Assembly: GCA_951406725.2 (NCBI GenBank)
Contig: OX597834.1
Span: 22,692,001-22,756,000, forward strand
Direction of reading: 5' to 3'
Origin: Octopus vulgaris
Taxonomy: Eukaryota
Length of the DNA stretch: 64,000 nt
Positions 1-12,949 of this stretch are shown piece after piece. Under the pieces are notes generated by a model. It was not told the origin of the DNA, did not search any database, and saw only the letters and a list, made by a program, of their open reading frames with translations. The translations under genes and the position numbers were made by a program. The number at the start of each line of letters is the position of its first letter. The stretch's first letter is position 1.

Positions 1-38
1 CCCTTACAAACCCGAGCAACGCCGGGCGATACTGCTAG
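1..38 (+). mobile_element. 3' end of non-autonomous Helitron family H1
   Basis: CCCGAGCAACGCCGGG hairpin then CTAG|T; matches the ends of the copies at 8184, 30674 and 44923. Confidence 0.8.
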
Positions 39-3000
39 TTGTATATAAAGCTCCCGGCTGGAAAAAATAATGCGTTGTGTGAGAGATGAGCCCAGTCATT
101 CAGTGAAATACAATACCTGCTGCCAATGATTCAAAGACTGGAATAGATGTCATCAATTTAATGGCATAACATTTTCTAATTAACAAGTTAGCTAGATTGG
201 TGAATTCATTTGACTAGAATTACTTTTTGGATTTTCTCTTTTTTTCTTTAACAAACATCTACTACGAAGAAATACAGATTTCTAAATGATGTTTACCTAA
301 AAAGTAAAGGAACAGTAATACAAGTGACTTATAAAAAGAAGAGATAGTTTGTAAATTTTCAGCAGAGAGTGCAGAAGAGCAAAAGTCTAACCTACAATTC
401 AACTCTTGATTAGAAAAGCGATGGAGAACCATGCAAAAGAGGACTCATGCCATTACAAAAGAAGGAAAAAAAAATAATAACAATAATAATAATAACAGTA
501 ATAATCTTTCTGTCAAAAGGGATCTAAGATTAAATTTGAAATAAGCAACTAAAAGGCAACTGGATTTCTAGAGGTGTAAACTTTAAAAATAGCTACAGAC
601 TAAGATAAAGGGAAGCAAGTGAGTCACTGATTGAGCAGCAGTAGCAGACTAGTGTTAAGATGGACTAAACTAATCATCAGACAGATATACTATACCATTA
701 GCAACAAGCGCTTTTTTTAAAAATTTATTATTTATTTGCTAAAGCACGGAAAAATGTTCATTTAACAAAGTCAGTCGGGAAAACTGAAAAGACAAATTAA
801 AAAAATAAAAGAAAATATGTATTGAACAATATTGATAGACTGACAGGACAAAAATAGATAAATAGAGATTATCAACATGGTGTAGTAGTTAGAACAAGCT
901 TGACTAAGTTGCAGTTTCATGTGATAGAAAAATACAGGAAAAAAAAGATCATTGCAAAATGAAAAACACTGGAAGAGTCATAACGCTAGAAGCTTCGTTA
1001 AACAAACAGAAATAAATTCAAGAATATAACTGCTGAATAATCAAGAATCAAACCTAATCTAACTACATTTTGGTACTTCTTTTGGTGTTATGCCATATAG
1101 CAGACACTTTTGAGTTAAATTTTATCATTGGTTCTTCTTACATACAGACTGCGGCCATCCTTACATTAGATCCTTTGATATTGTCATCATTTAACATCCG
1201 TTTTCCATGCTGGCAAGGGTTGGACAATTTGACAGGAACCGGCAAGCTGGAAGGCTATAGCAGGATCCAGTTACCCTTTTTACTCTCTTTTACTTGTTTC
1301 AGTCATTTGACTGTGGTCATGCTGGAGCACCACCTTTAGTCGAGCAAATCGACCCCAGGACTTATTCTTTGTAAGCCTAGTACTTATTCTATCAGTCTCT
1401 TAGGCCGAACCGCTAAATTACGGGGACGTAAACACACCAGCATCAGTTGTCAAGTGATGTTGGGGGGGACAAACACAGATACACAAACATATACACACAC
1501 ACATACATATATACGACGGGCTTCTTTCAGTTTCCGTCTACCAAATCCACTCACAAGGCTTTGGTTGGCCCGAGGCTATAGTAGAAGACACTTGCCCAAG
1601 GTGTCACGCAGTGGGACTAAACCCAGGACCATGTGGTTGGTAAGCAAGCTACTTACCACACATCCGCGCCTACGCCAGTTGTCTGCTTTGGCATAGTTTC
1701 TATGGCTGGATGCCCTTCCTAATGCCAACCCCTTTACAGAGTGGACTGGGTGCTCTTTACATGGCACGAGCACAGGCGCATTTATATGTGACACCAGCAC
1801 AGGTGCTTTTTACGTGGAACCAACATAAGTGCTTTTTACCTGTAAATGTAGAACACATAAACACCATGACAAAGAAGTTTTCTTTCTCACGTCCCATAAT
1901 CAGTTCCCGGATATTACCGTTTTGAGTCCTACAACTCATCAAGGCAGTTGCCTAGTTTTCATGATGTACAAGTGACTAAAATCACAACATTTCCCAGAAC
2001 AAGACCAGTGCAAGGTTACTCATTTACAGCTGAATTCATCATCATCATCATTTAATGTCTTTTGTCTATGCTGGCATGGGTTGAACGGTTTGACAGGGAT
2101 GGCATGCTAGAAAGCTTCACAAGACTCCAGTCTGATTTGGCATGGTTTTCTATGGCTGGATGCCCTTCCTAACACCAACCACTCTGAGAGTATAATGATG
2201 GCTTTTACATGCCACTGGCACAAGTGCCACTGGCATGACACCAGAGTGCATTTACGTGCCACCGGCACAGGTGCCAACTTGTATGACACCAGTATCTGCC
2301 ATGACTGCGATTTTACTCAGCTTGATGCTACTGGTCTTAGTCATTACTTCCATGTGGCCAAACACTCGAAAGGAACTCAGCCACTTTGCCTAGTAAAATG
2401 AAGTGTTTTTCTCAAGAACATTACACATCACCCTGTCTAGGAATTGAAGCCACAATCTTGCCATCATGAGTCTAGCACCACCACCCAACCATTAGGCTAT
2501 ATATATATATATTTATAAAATTGTTTCATACTATCATGCAAATTATCGTACTGTGTTAAAAGTTGTAACATTAAAAAATTGCACACAAAACTTGTGGCAT
2601 TAATAATTAAAGTGGTAAGCTGGCAGAATCGTTAGCACTCTGGACAAAATGCTTAGAGGCATTTCACCTCTCTTAACGTGTTCTGAGTTCGTTTTCTGCT
2701 GTGGTCGACTTTGCCTTTCAACTTTTTAGGGGTCACTAAAATAAATACCAGTTGAGTACAGGGATCACTGGAATTAACTTACTCTCACCCTTGAATTTGT
2801 TGACTGTATACTAAAATTTGAAATCATTATTAATCTATTAATCTCTATATTAAGGCAGCAAGCTGGCAGAATCGTTAGCACCTTGGACAAAATGCTTAGT
2901 GGCATTTCATCCATCTTTACATTCTGAGTTCAAATTCTGCGAAGGTTGACTTTGCATATCATTTTTTTGGAGTTTATGAAATAGATACCAGTCAAGTACT

Positions 3001-3231
3001 AGCATCAATGAAATTGACTAAATCCCTCCCCCAAATTTTCAGGCTTTGTACCTATAGTAATAAGGATTATTAGTCCCCATATTAAGGTGGTGAGCTAGCA
3101 AAATTATTGCTGCACCAGACAAAATGCTAAGCAGCATTTCTTCTGGCTGTTTATGTTGTGAGTTCAAATATCTTCAAGGTCAACTTTGCCTTTCATCCTT
3201 TCAGGACTGATAAGATGAAATACCATTTTAA

Positions 3232-3713
3232 CCCTTTTGACACCAACCCACCTGAAACCACCTTTGGCTCTGTCGAACAAATGTCTTGTTTTCAAAAGTT
3301 TTTAATTAAAATCTTCCACCAAACCTTAGTCACAATTTATGTTCCTAACACTAGCTGAATAATAACTAAGTTATTTTTGCCAGCCTCATCTGGCCCCCGT
3401 GCCGGTGGCACATAAAAAGCACCATCCAATCGTGGCCGTTTGCCAGCCTCGTCTGGCATCTGTGCAGGTGGCACGTAAAAAGCACCCACCACACTCACGG
3501 AGTGGTTGACATTAGGAAGGGCATCAAGCTGTAGAAACACTGCCAGATCAGACTGGGCCTGGTGCAGCCTTCTGGCTTCCCAGATCCCCAGTTGAACCGT
3601 CCAACCCATGCTAGCATGGAAAACGGACGTTAAACGATGATGATGATGATGATGATTTAAAATTAATTGAAAGAAACACAGAGCATCTCAACAGAAATAT
3701 GGTAACAAAAGGG
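3232..3713. mobile_element. piggyBac-like MITE family P2, interrupted by a family C SINE (3378-3656)
   Basis: TTAA|CCCTTTTG...CAAAAGGG|TTAA. Confidence 0.75.
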
Positions 3714-5519
3714 TTAAATTAATTGACTTGCTCCCTACCTCAAAACTGCTAAGCATGTACCAGTGTTTGAAACCATTGTTATTATTATTATTATTATTAA
3801 AGCAGCGAAAGGTGACAAAATTATTATTATTATTATTAAAGCAGCGAAAGGTGACAAAGTGACAAAATCATTAGCATGCCAGGTAAAATGCTTAGCAGCA
3901 TTACATGGCTTTATGTTCAGAGTTTAAATTCCTCTGAGGCAAACTTTGACTCTCATCCTTTTGGGATCGATGAAAAAAAGTATCAGTTGGGCACTGGATC
4001 AATGCAATCAATTAGCCTCCTCTCCCCAAAATTTCAGGCCTTCTGCCTATAGCAGGAAGGATCGTTAAGGCAGTTAGCTAACTGAATTGTTAGCAAACCA
4101 GACAAAATGCCTGGTGACATTTTCCCTGATTCTTTATATTCTCAGTTCAAATGCTGCTGAGACCGACTTTACTTTCCATCTTTTCTGGGTCAAGAAAATA
4201 AAGAACTCGTCAATGCAATCTACTTGCTCCTTGCTCTCAAAGTTGCTGACTACGTACCAAAATTAGAAAGAATTATTGATCTCCCTACTTACATGCAGTG
4301 TCTATATATTTAGTCATGTCAAAAAGGCCAGTGAAAAGATAGCAGTCTATACATGACCAGGTGAAAAGAGCCAAAGAAAAAATGATATTAAAAGTGTTTG
4401 GCTATATGGATAATAAATGAGAAGACAACAACATTTCTACTTAGATTTCTACTCAGAACCATTACTACATATCTAGCAAAACTTCTCAAAAACCATGCTT
4501 TTGGCTTCCAACCTTCATTCAAATTCTGTCCAAGTCTAAGTTGGGGTTCATCTATGTGTGAGCCTACAAAGAACATAACTTGTAGAAAGAATCATTTCAG
4601 CTTATATTTTTTAAACTTTTTCATGAAATTTTAAAAATTGAAAGAAGATACATTTTCTTCTGCAAAAATTTTTCCAAAAATTTTCAATTTAATGTTTTTA
4701 ATTCATATGATATATTTGAAAATAATCTTTGATATTTTGCTAATACATCACTTCAAAAACAAAAACATATTAATCTGAATCTAAGAACTCAAAGAATACA
4801 GACTAAAACTCATCTAAATTCAAAGACCCTTTTAAAATAAGCAAGACCTTATATGTCCTTCAATTAGGTGTATGTAAAAGGGTTTCACAATAATGTACCA
4901 GCTCCCGCATTTGATGCGGCCGGCAAAAAAAAAAGCCAAACTTGCTATTTTCAATTTGGTGTTCATGCCTACTATCCTCACTTATTCTTTTATTCTTTTA
5001 TTTGTTTCAGTCATTTGATGGTGGCCATGCTGGAGCACCGCCCTTAGTTGAATAAATTGGCCCCAGGACTTATTCTTTGTAAGCCTAGTACATATTCTAT
5101 CATTCTCTTTTGCTGAACTGCTAAGGGATGTAAACACACCAGTATCGGTTGTCAAGTAATGGTTGGGGGACAAACACAAACACACAAATACATACATACA
5201 TACATACATACACACACACACATATATATATATATATACAACAGGCTTCTTTCAGTTTCCATCTACCAAATCCACTTACAAGGCTTTGGTCGGCCCAAGG
5301 CTATAGTAGAAAACACTTGCCTCAGGTGCAATGCAGTGGGACTGAACTCGGAACCATGTGGTTGGGAAGTAAGCTTCTTACCACACAACCACTCCTGCAC
5401 CTATGGTCATAAGTGTTGACTAAAGACCAACAGAGTATGATTACGAATACAAGGGGCCAGAAAGGGTTTCCTCCAAAGTGGAGTAACATTAGTCAACATA
5501 GCATGTGGTTCAAGGATCA

Positions 5520-5810
5520 AGGAGTCTCTCCAGATAAAGCTGCTACTTCTCTGCATTGAGATGCCACAGCTCCGTTACTATGGACACGTGATTAGAGTGT
5601 CACAGGAAAGAATTGCAAGACAGATTCTTCAAGCTGAGCCAACCAGCAGCAGACCTTGGGGGTCGTCCAAGAATGAGATGGTTGGATAATATCCATAGTT
5701 TCACTTGGTCACACCTTAGAATTCAGCCAGAAAATGACAGAACCTTATGGTGATGGTACCTGAGGACTCTACCCCAATGGACCTCCTAGGAAAAGCAGGC
5801 AGAGAGAAGT
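5520..5810 (+). mobile_element. RTE-type LINE 3' relic
   Basis: Frameshifted LRYYGHVIRV...RIARQILQAEP...GRPRMRWLDNI-like motifs. Confidence 0.6.
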
Positions 5811-6248
5811 GGGACGGATAGGTAAGAGGGTTTTATCTATGTGTGGGCCTACAAAGAGAATAAGTTTTAGAAAGAATTGTTTTGAGTCATTTTGGTCTAT
5901 GGCTGGATACCCTTAGAATATACTGGGTACTTTTTTCATGGCAGGGGTACTAGTAAAGTCACCAAGTAATTCACAAGACCCCAACCATCACCAACTGAGA
6001 AAGTGGATATAGTACTGAGAGAGGTAGCTTTTTTGCCAGGTGTTGAAAGTCTAAAATATGACAGAGGGACGAGAACAGGTATTTTGCAGTATAGGGGATA
6101 CATGGCTACCCCAACTGGAAAGAGAAAAAAAAAAAATGAAAGATGTTGGAGATGAGGTATCGGGGCATACCCGCTAGGTACATGAAGATGAATATGAGAC
6201 AGAATAGGAACAAACAAAAATATTTTTAATTTTTATGCTTTTTAAGTA

Positions 6249-6613
6249 TCTCTATATATATAAACGGCAAAATGTCTGTGTGTGTGTCCTTCATACAAAT
6301 CCACAATTTTTCAGTTAGAGGGCTCGCACTTTCTATGGTCATTCAAAACCATCCAAGGGTGGTCGTGCACATCTTTACATTTCCCCAGTCACCCTGCAAA
6401 GCCATTAAAAGAATTAGTAGAAGTGACTTTTTTGTGAATTTTCTATCCAAAACCCAATCAAAAAGCCCGAAACTTGATACGCCAATTGAATGCCAGCTAG
6501 CTGTATGTGACTGGTCGGAGATTTGGACAGTACTCACATGTTTGTGCGCACACACGCAGCTGTATATGCATGCACTAGCACTATGACCTGGCAACGCCGG
6601 GTCATAGTGCTAG
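6249..6613 (+). mobile_element. Non-autonomous Helitron family H2
   Basis: A|TCTCTATATATATAAA start; 3' hairpin around GGCAACGCC ending CTAG|T. Confidence 0.75.
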
Positions 6614-8183
6614 TTTTAATTTACATCTTAACAAATGCAGATTACATTGCTGCAACTCACCAAAATTCACAAGTTTTTAAGATAAGCAAGGGAGGGGAGC
6701 TAAATGTTATTCAATTATTTTTAAGAAGTGGGAGGGAGGAACATCTAATCACAAAATGAAACTGAATTTACAGAGTTTTTAGAAATGATCTTCAACGGGG
6801 ACATAAACACACCAGCATCGGTTGTCAAGCAATGTTGGCGGGACAAACACACACACACACATATATACATGACGGGCTTCTTTCAGTTTCCGTCTACCAA
6901 ATACACTCACAAGGTTTTGGTCAGACCGAGGCTATAGTAGAAGACACTTGCCCAAAGTGCCACGCAGTGGGACTGAAGCTGGAACCATGTGGTTGGTAAG
7001 CAAGTTACTTACCACACAGCCACTCCTGCACCGTTATATATAATGATTGATATATTCGTATCATAATTTAATGTCCATTCTACATGTTCGCATGCATTGG
7101 TTGGTTTGACAGGAGCTGGCCAGTTACAGAGCTGCCCAGGTTCCTTTTGTCAGTTTTGGCATGGTTTCTATGGCTGGATACCCTTTCTAATGCCAACCAC
7201 TTTACAGAGTGCTCTGGGTGCTTTTAACATGGCACCGGCACAGGTGTTTTTTAAGTGGCACTGGCATGAGCACTCTTACATGGCACCAGCACAGGTGCTT
7301 TTACATGGCACCATCCAGGTTGATATCTTAGAAAGTATTCATTGGCTAAGCAAACTTGGTTAACTATATCAATCCATCAGATACCAATAAATTCAAATAG
7401 AACTAACATCCAAAGTAATTCGTTGCATATGATAAGTAACTCCAAATACCTATTTCTTTATTACCCACAAGGGGCTAAACATAGAGGGGACAAACAAGGA
7501 CTGACATAGGTATTAAGTCAATTACATCGACCCCAGTGCGTAACTGGTACTTAATTTATCGACCCCGAAAGGATGAAAGGCAAAGTCGACCTCGACGGAA
7601 TTTGAACTCACAACGTAATGGCAGACAAAATACCGCTAAGCATTTCGCCTGGCGTGCTAACGTTTCTGCCAGCTCGCCGCCCTTCAAATACCGCTTAGAA
7701 GAATTTCAAGAAATTCAGAGTATACAACAACATGAACATGAATGGAGAAATCACATTTTATTTGATTATTATACATAGCAATGATTTTTTTCTATTGTGT
7801 CAGCATATTTAAATAAATAAAATACCAACAAAATACCAGTTAAATCAAAATATCTGAAAATATATTTACATTTTCCTTGTCTGCTGACGTCATCATAAGT
7901 TTACATTACTATCCTGTTATTCCTCAGAATATTATATTTCTTCTTAACATTCTTTCCATATTCCTTCAGTTCATTCTAAATGTAACCCATTTGGGATTAC
8001 TTTGATAATGTCATTTCAGCATTAACTTTTGGATATTTTGAAATGACTGGTAATGTATCTAAATATCTTGAAACAATAGAAACAATCTTTGGTATTCTTT
8101 GGTGTAATCATTTAATAAAGATATGACTTCTCCATTCTTGCTCATGTTATTATATATATATACACACACAACACACACACATA

Positions 8184-8585
8184 TCTTTATATATAAAAGT
8201 GAAGTTGTGTGTCTGTCTGTCTCCTATGATTTAGATTCCTAACTACTCCCACATTTTGCGGTGCAGTTTAACCAAAACCGGGTATCTTGTAGTCGTGACT
8301 CATATCAAGGCCTTCTGGGTATTAGCGCGCGTCTACAATGAGTCTATGATTTTAAAAAAAATTTACCATAATTTTTTTCCATTTTAATGCATTTTTTCGC
8401 TATTATATAAGGGAAGTAACTCTCTAAAAATGTCTATGATGAGTCAACGATTTTTTAAAAAATTTACCATCATTTTTTTCCCATTTTTAATGCATTTTTT
8501 TGCTATTTTTTGGCTATAACTCTCTAAAAATGCTTATATAGTTATTTCCCTTACAAACCCGAGCAACGCCGGGTGATACTGCTAG
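8184..8585 (+). mobile_element. Non-autonomous Helitron H1
   Basis: A|TC start, subterminal hairpin, CTAG|T end, no TSD; multiple near-identical copies in the window. Confidence 0.85.
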
Positions 8586-9350
8586 TATATATATATATAG
8601 AACAAACAGTGAGAGATTATCAATCTGGGGAAAATACTTCCTAAGCTCTCTGTTGGCACACCAGTCTAACAATATTACTTAAATTTCAAGGCGGGAAGCT
8701 GGCAGAAACGTTAGCACGGCAGGCGAAATGCTTAGCGGTATTTCGTCTGTCTTTACATTCTGAGTTCAAATTCCGCTGAGGTCAACTTTGCCTTTCATCC
8801 TTTCAGGGTCGATAAATTAAGTACCAGTTGCGTACTGGGTTCAATCTAATCGACCCCCCCCCCCCAACTCCCCAAAAATTTCAGGTCATGTGCCTAGAGT
8901 AGAAGAGAATATTACTTAGATTAGTGAAGAACTCCAGGTAATCTTTTGGTAGGGTCCCAGGTTATGGTTCATTCTATATTGTAAATCTGTCAATGGTCTC
9001 AGACAAACTGGTTTTAACACAGAGTGATATATAAGAACAACAACTGCAACGTCGTAGATGTTTATAAGCCATTTAAAAACTCAGAAAAACAGATTCACTT
9101 CAACATTTAAATTTAATTTGCCAAAATATTTTTGTCGCTTTGAGACAGTGACCTGTTCACTGACAAAATTAAATTTAAACGTTGAAGTGAGTCTAACTGT
9201 TTTTGTGAGTTTTTATATGGCTTATAAACACCTTCCACACTGCAATTGTTTTTGTTTCAGCACACAATCTCAGATCAGGTCACTTGCTATGCAAGTACAT
9301 CTTTGATATATAAGAAACAAGTTAAAAATAATGGTCATTACATATCTTAC

Positions 9351-9459
9351 CTTTACTGGAGCAAATTTGGCTTACAGGTGTTTCCAGTAGTCATTATAGG
9401 TACATTACTGATAGGTCTACTCAATTGCTCTATTGATCAATTGAGGAAAACTGAACGCC
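9351..9459 (-). other. Candidate exon of the same transcript (stops in all three frames)
   Basis: Acceptor aatttttttag|G and donor AAG|gtaaga. Confidence 0.5.
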
Positions 9460-9778
9460 CTAAAAAAATTACTGTTACTTTCCTCCCAGCCATTTCTGGT
9501 TATTCTTTTATCCTTTTACTTTTTTACTTGTTTCAGTCATTTGACTGTGGCCATGATGGAGTACCACCTTTAGCCGAACAAATCGACCCCAGGACTTTTT
9601 CTTTGTAAGCCTAGTACTTATTCTATCGGTCTCTTTTGCCAAACCGCTAAGTTATGGTGACGTAAACACACTAACATCAGCTACCAATCAATGGTGGGGG
9701 GACAAACACAGACACACGCAAATATACACACATATATGTATATATATATATTATATATATATTATATATATATATATA

Positions 9779-10127
9779 TATTATATTAAATTAGAGATAA
9801 AACCACTATTAGGCAAATCAAACAATGAAAAACATAAGCCAATACATAAAATTAATTAATTTATATTATTTTAAATATATATATCAAAAGTATTAAAAAT
9901 TTAATAAAAGATAATGAGTAAAACACTATGATCATTTCAAGGCTGTCCAATTCGTAATAATTCGAGTTATGGTTACAGTCAATCTTCAGGTAATTGAAAT
10001 ATTTATCTTAGCGAGGTTTAACAATTATCTCTAATTTAATATAATATAATATTTTACTATAAAATTGGATTTAATCCTAAATCTGATTTTTCCCTGTAAG
10101 TTTGGATTTATTCCCTAATATTATTAT

Positions 10128-10135
<8 letters not shown>
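9779..10135 (-). mobile_element. Penelope-like pseudo-LTR fragment inserted in the (TA)n of a family A SINE
   Basis: Inverted repeat ATATTATATTAAATTAGAGATAA / TTATCTCTAATTTAATATAATAT, AT-rich body, hammerhead-like core on the minus strand, TA-repeat flanks. Confidence 0.45.
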
Positions 10136-10167
<32 letters not shown>

Positions 10168-10457
10168 CGAGCTTCTTTCAGTTTCCATCTACCAAATCCA
10201 CTCACGAGGCTTTGGTCAGCCCAAGGCTAGAGTAGAAGACACTTGCCCAAGGTGCCACACAGTAGGACTAAACTTGGAACCATGTGGTTGGAAAAATCCT
10301 AAAATCTCAATAATTTAAAACTAAAATATGTAAAATACATAAAATAAACTAAATTTCGATAACTTAATTTATATTCATCAATCTATTATTTAATTTATAA
10401 ACACCTTATATATAAACATACACACACATATATATATATACTTATTTTACACCATAC

Positions 10458-10545
10458 CTGGAACTTTCCCTGTGTTGGATCTGGAAATTAAAGCTGACCG
10501 TGAAATGAGAAACCGGAGTATGACTGTATCTGATTTTACATATAC
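10458..10545 (-). other. Candidate exon of the same transcript
   Basis: Acceptor tactatacag|G and donor CAG|gtatgg; 88 nt; two frames open. Confidence 0.45.
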
Positions 10546-10975
10546 CTGTATAGTAATATTGATGAGTATATTGATCTGTTCATGTGTATGTAAGTGGTAA
10601 GACAAGTCCATATATGCATCAATACATGTGTGAGTGTCCATATGTACTGTTGGTATACAGATATGCTATTCTCGACCCTAACTTGGTGTCCTTAATAAAA
10701 TACCTTGATTCAAGTGGACCCTGCAAATAACTGATTAATTAATTAATTTAAAGACAGACAGACAGATAGGTATTCTATTATTCTTTTACTTGTTTCAGTC
10801 AGCTGACTGCAGCCATGCTGGAGCACTGCCTTTAGTCGAACAAGTCGACCCCAGGAAATATTTTTTGTAAGCCCAGTACTTATTCTATCGGTCTCTTTTG
10901 CTGAACCACTAAGTGATGGGGACGTAATCACACCAGCATCAGTTGTCAAGCAATGCATACATATACATACATATC

Positions 10976-11415
10976 ATCATCATCATCATCATCATCGTTT
11001 AACGTCCGTTCTCCATGCTAGCATGGGTTGGACGGTTCGACCGGGGATCTGGGAAGCCAGAAGGCTGCACCAGGCTCCAGTCTTATCTGGCAATGTTTCT
11101 ACAGCTGGATGCCCTTCATAACGCCAACCACTCCATGAGTGTAGTGGGTGCTTTTTACGTGCCACCAACACAGGTGCCAGACGAGGCTGGCGAACGGCCA
11201 CACTCAGAATTGTGCTTTTTACGTGCCACCGGCACAGAGGCCAGGCGAAGCTGGCAACGGCCACGATCGGAAGGTGCTTATTACGTGCCACCGACACAGG
11301 TGCCAGACGAGGCTGGTGAACAGCCACGCTCGGATGGTGCTTTTTATGTACCACCGGCACGGAGGCCAGGTGAGGCTGGCAACGGCCACGATCAGATGGT
11401 GCTTTTTACATGCCA
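10976..11415 (-). mobile_element. SINE-like family C with (GAT)n tail and internal ~62-bp tandem units
   Basis: Shared motif TGGCGTTAGGAAGGGCATCCAGCTGTAGAAA and tail CCATGCTAGCATGGA...GACGTTAAACGATGATG. Other copies at about 2035-2330, 3378-3656(+), 7065-7310, 17468-17660, 26262-26565, 56960-57350. Confidence 0.75.
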
Positions 11416-11497
11416 TCATCATTTAACGTCCATGTTCCATGTTCCATACTGGCATGGGTTAGATAGTTTCACAGGATCTGATGTGCCCAAGATCTGC

Positions 11498-12095
11498 ATG
11501 GACACCATGCAAACCAAATTCCCCCAAACTATGAAGGTCTTTAGGTATGCCCCCAGTAAGAGTGATGTCATACCAGCCCACATCTTTGAATAGGGCCTTA
11601 GGCTTAATTCAGACAGCCATGTGAAGCCGCTGGGGACTGGTCAAACCCTGGCTGGAAAGGGTTGCTACCAGAAGGCCACATGTGTGGCAGCAGGATTCAG
11701 CCCATTGCTATACTCTTGGAAAGAGCCAGATGTGATTGCTGGACAATTTCTACAATTCCCCCAATTGTACCCATGGATTGTTATAAAGGGGCACAGTTGA
11801 GAAACCCAACTAACCACTCTGCCTGCAACACCAGGATCAAACTAGTGGCTCTGGTCAAGGAGGTGTTTGATGATCTTCCAAGGGACACAGCAGGGAATGC
11901 ATGTGCCACGTCCTGGAGGCATCTTGAGGCCATGGTGGAAGCTAACGGTGGCTACTTTGAGTAAAATGTTATCCCCCAGCCATAATCCAGTTAACATTTT
12001 TTCATTTTTTAAAAAACACTTTTATTTTTTGAAGGGATTTTGTGGGGTTTTTTTCTCCTTTTATACCAATGTCAAATTTAGCCCCAAATACCCTG
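11498..12095 (+). mobile_element. maT-type transposase relic, 3' part
   Basis: MQTKFPQTMKVF...AHIFE*GLRLN, WQQDSA, ...HLEAMVEANGGYFE*; ends ACCCTG|TA. Confidence 0.75.
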
Positions 12096-12825
12096 TATAT
12101 GTATGTGCACAGATATATGCATGTATGTATGTATACACACACGCACATATATATCTATACACACATATATACGTGTGTGTGTATGTGTGTACAAACAAAC
12201 ACATTTAATAACAGTTTGACTCAGCTCCACATGACTGAAGCTTTCATGAACATGTAGGAAACGCCCATCTCATTAGAAGCTAGGATTAGATCAGGAATTT
12301 TGAGAGAAATCCCAAAAGGCCTCTGGGTGTTAAGTGTCTATTAGTTAGCTAAGGTTACATTGTTTTAATGCTAACAAAGAAACACCAGCTATTTTCTTCA
12401 TCTTATTTTTGTTTTTTTTTTAGTTTTAGTCCCACATGTTTGGACAGGTTGTTGACAGGGTACCGAGTTGAACTGCTTTTAAAAATATATTTAACTCCTA
12501 TCAAGTGCGTTGAGTGCTACTTTCTTTTGTTTATTCACTTGGATGTGTGTATGTGTGTGTAAATTAAATAAGCTTGGATGTGACAGTTGGAGACACGCAG
12601 ACAGAGGTGCAGCAGAATTCAGCTGGTATTCATTTACAACAGCGAGACTTGAGCAACATGAAATGACATGCCTTGCTCCGTGACAAAACACATCATCCAG
12701 TCCAGGAGGCAAAACCTTGACCCTAGCCACAGAAATTCATATATTATATACACACTTTCTCTGTGTGTGTGTGTGTGTGTGTAATATAAACTTCCTATTT
12801 TAAAGTGATCTATACACACACACAT

Positions 12826-12886
12826 GTATGTATGTATGTATGTATGTATGTATGTATGTACGGACGGACGGACGGACGGACGGACG

Positions 12887-12947
<61 letters not shown>
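12826..12947. repeat. Compound microsatellite (TATG)n(GACG)n(GACA)n
   Basis: Directly visible. Confidence 0.95.
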
Positions 12948-12948
<1 letters not shown>

Positions 12949-12949
12949 T

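Noticed and set aside
7999-8066. Terminal coding exon YLDTLPVISKYPKVNAEMTLSK* (minus)
   Set aside because: Weak acceptor, no recognisable homology, and the preceding candidate exon has stops in all frames.
11150-11415. CRISPR-like repeat/spacer appearance
   Set aside because: The apparent spacers are themselves repeated (ABAB); eukaryotic context; no cas genes.
11015-11593. 192-aa ORF with internal repeats
   Set aside because: Read-through of the SINE C minisatellite into a maT transposase relic; no true ATG and no coherent product.
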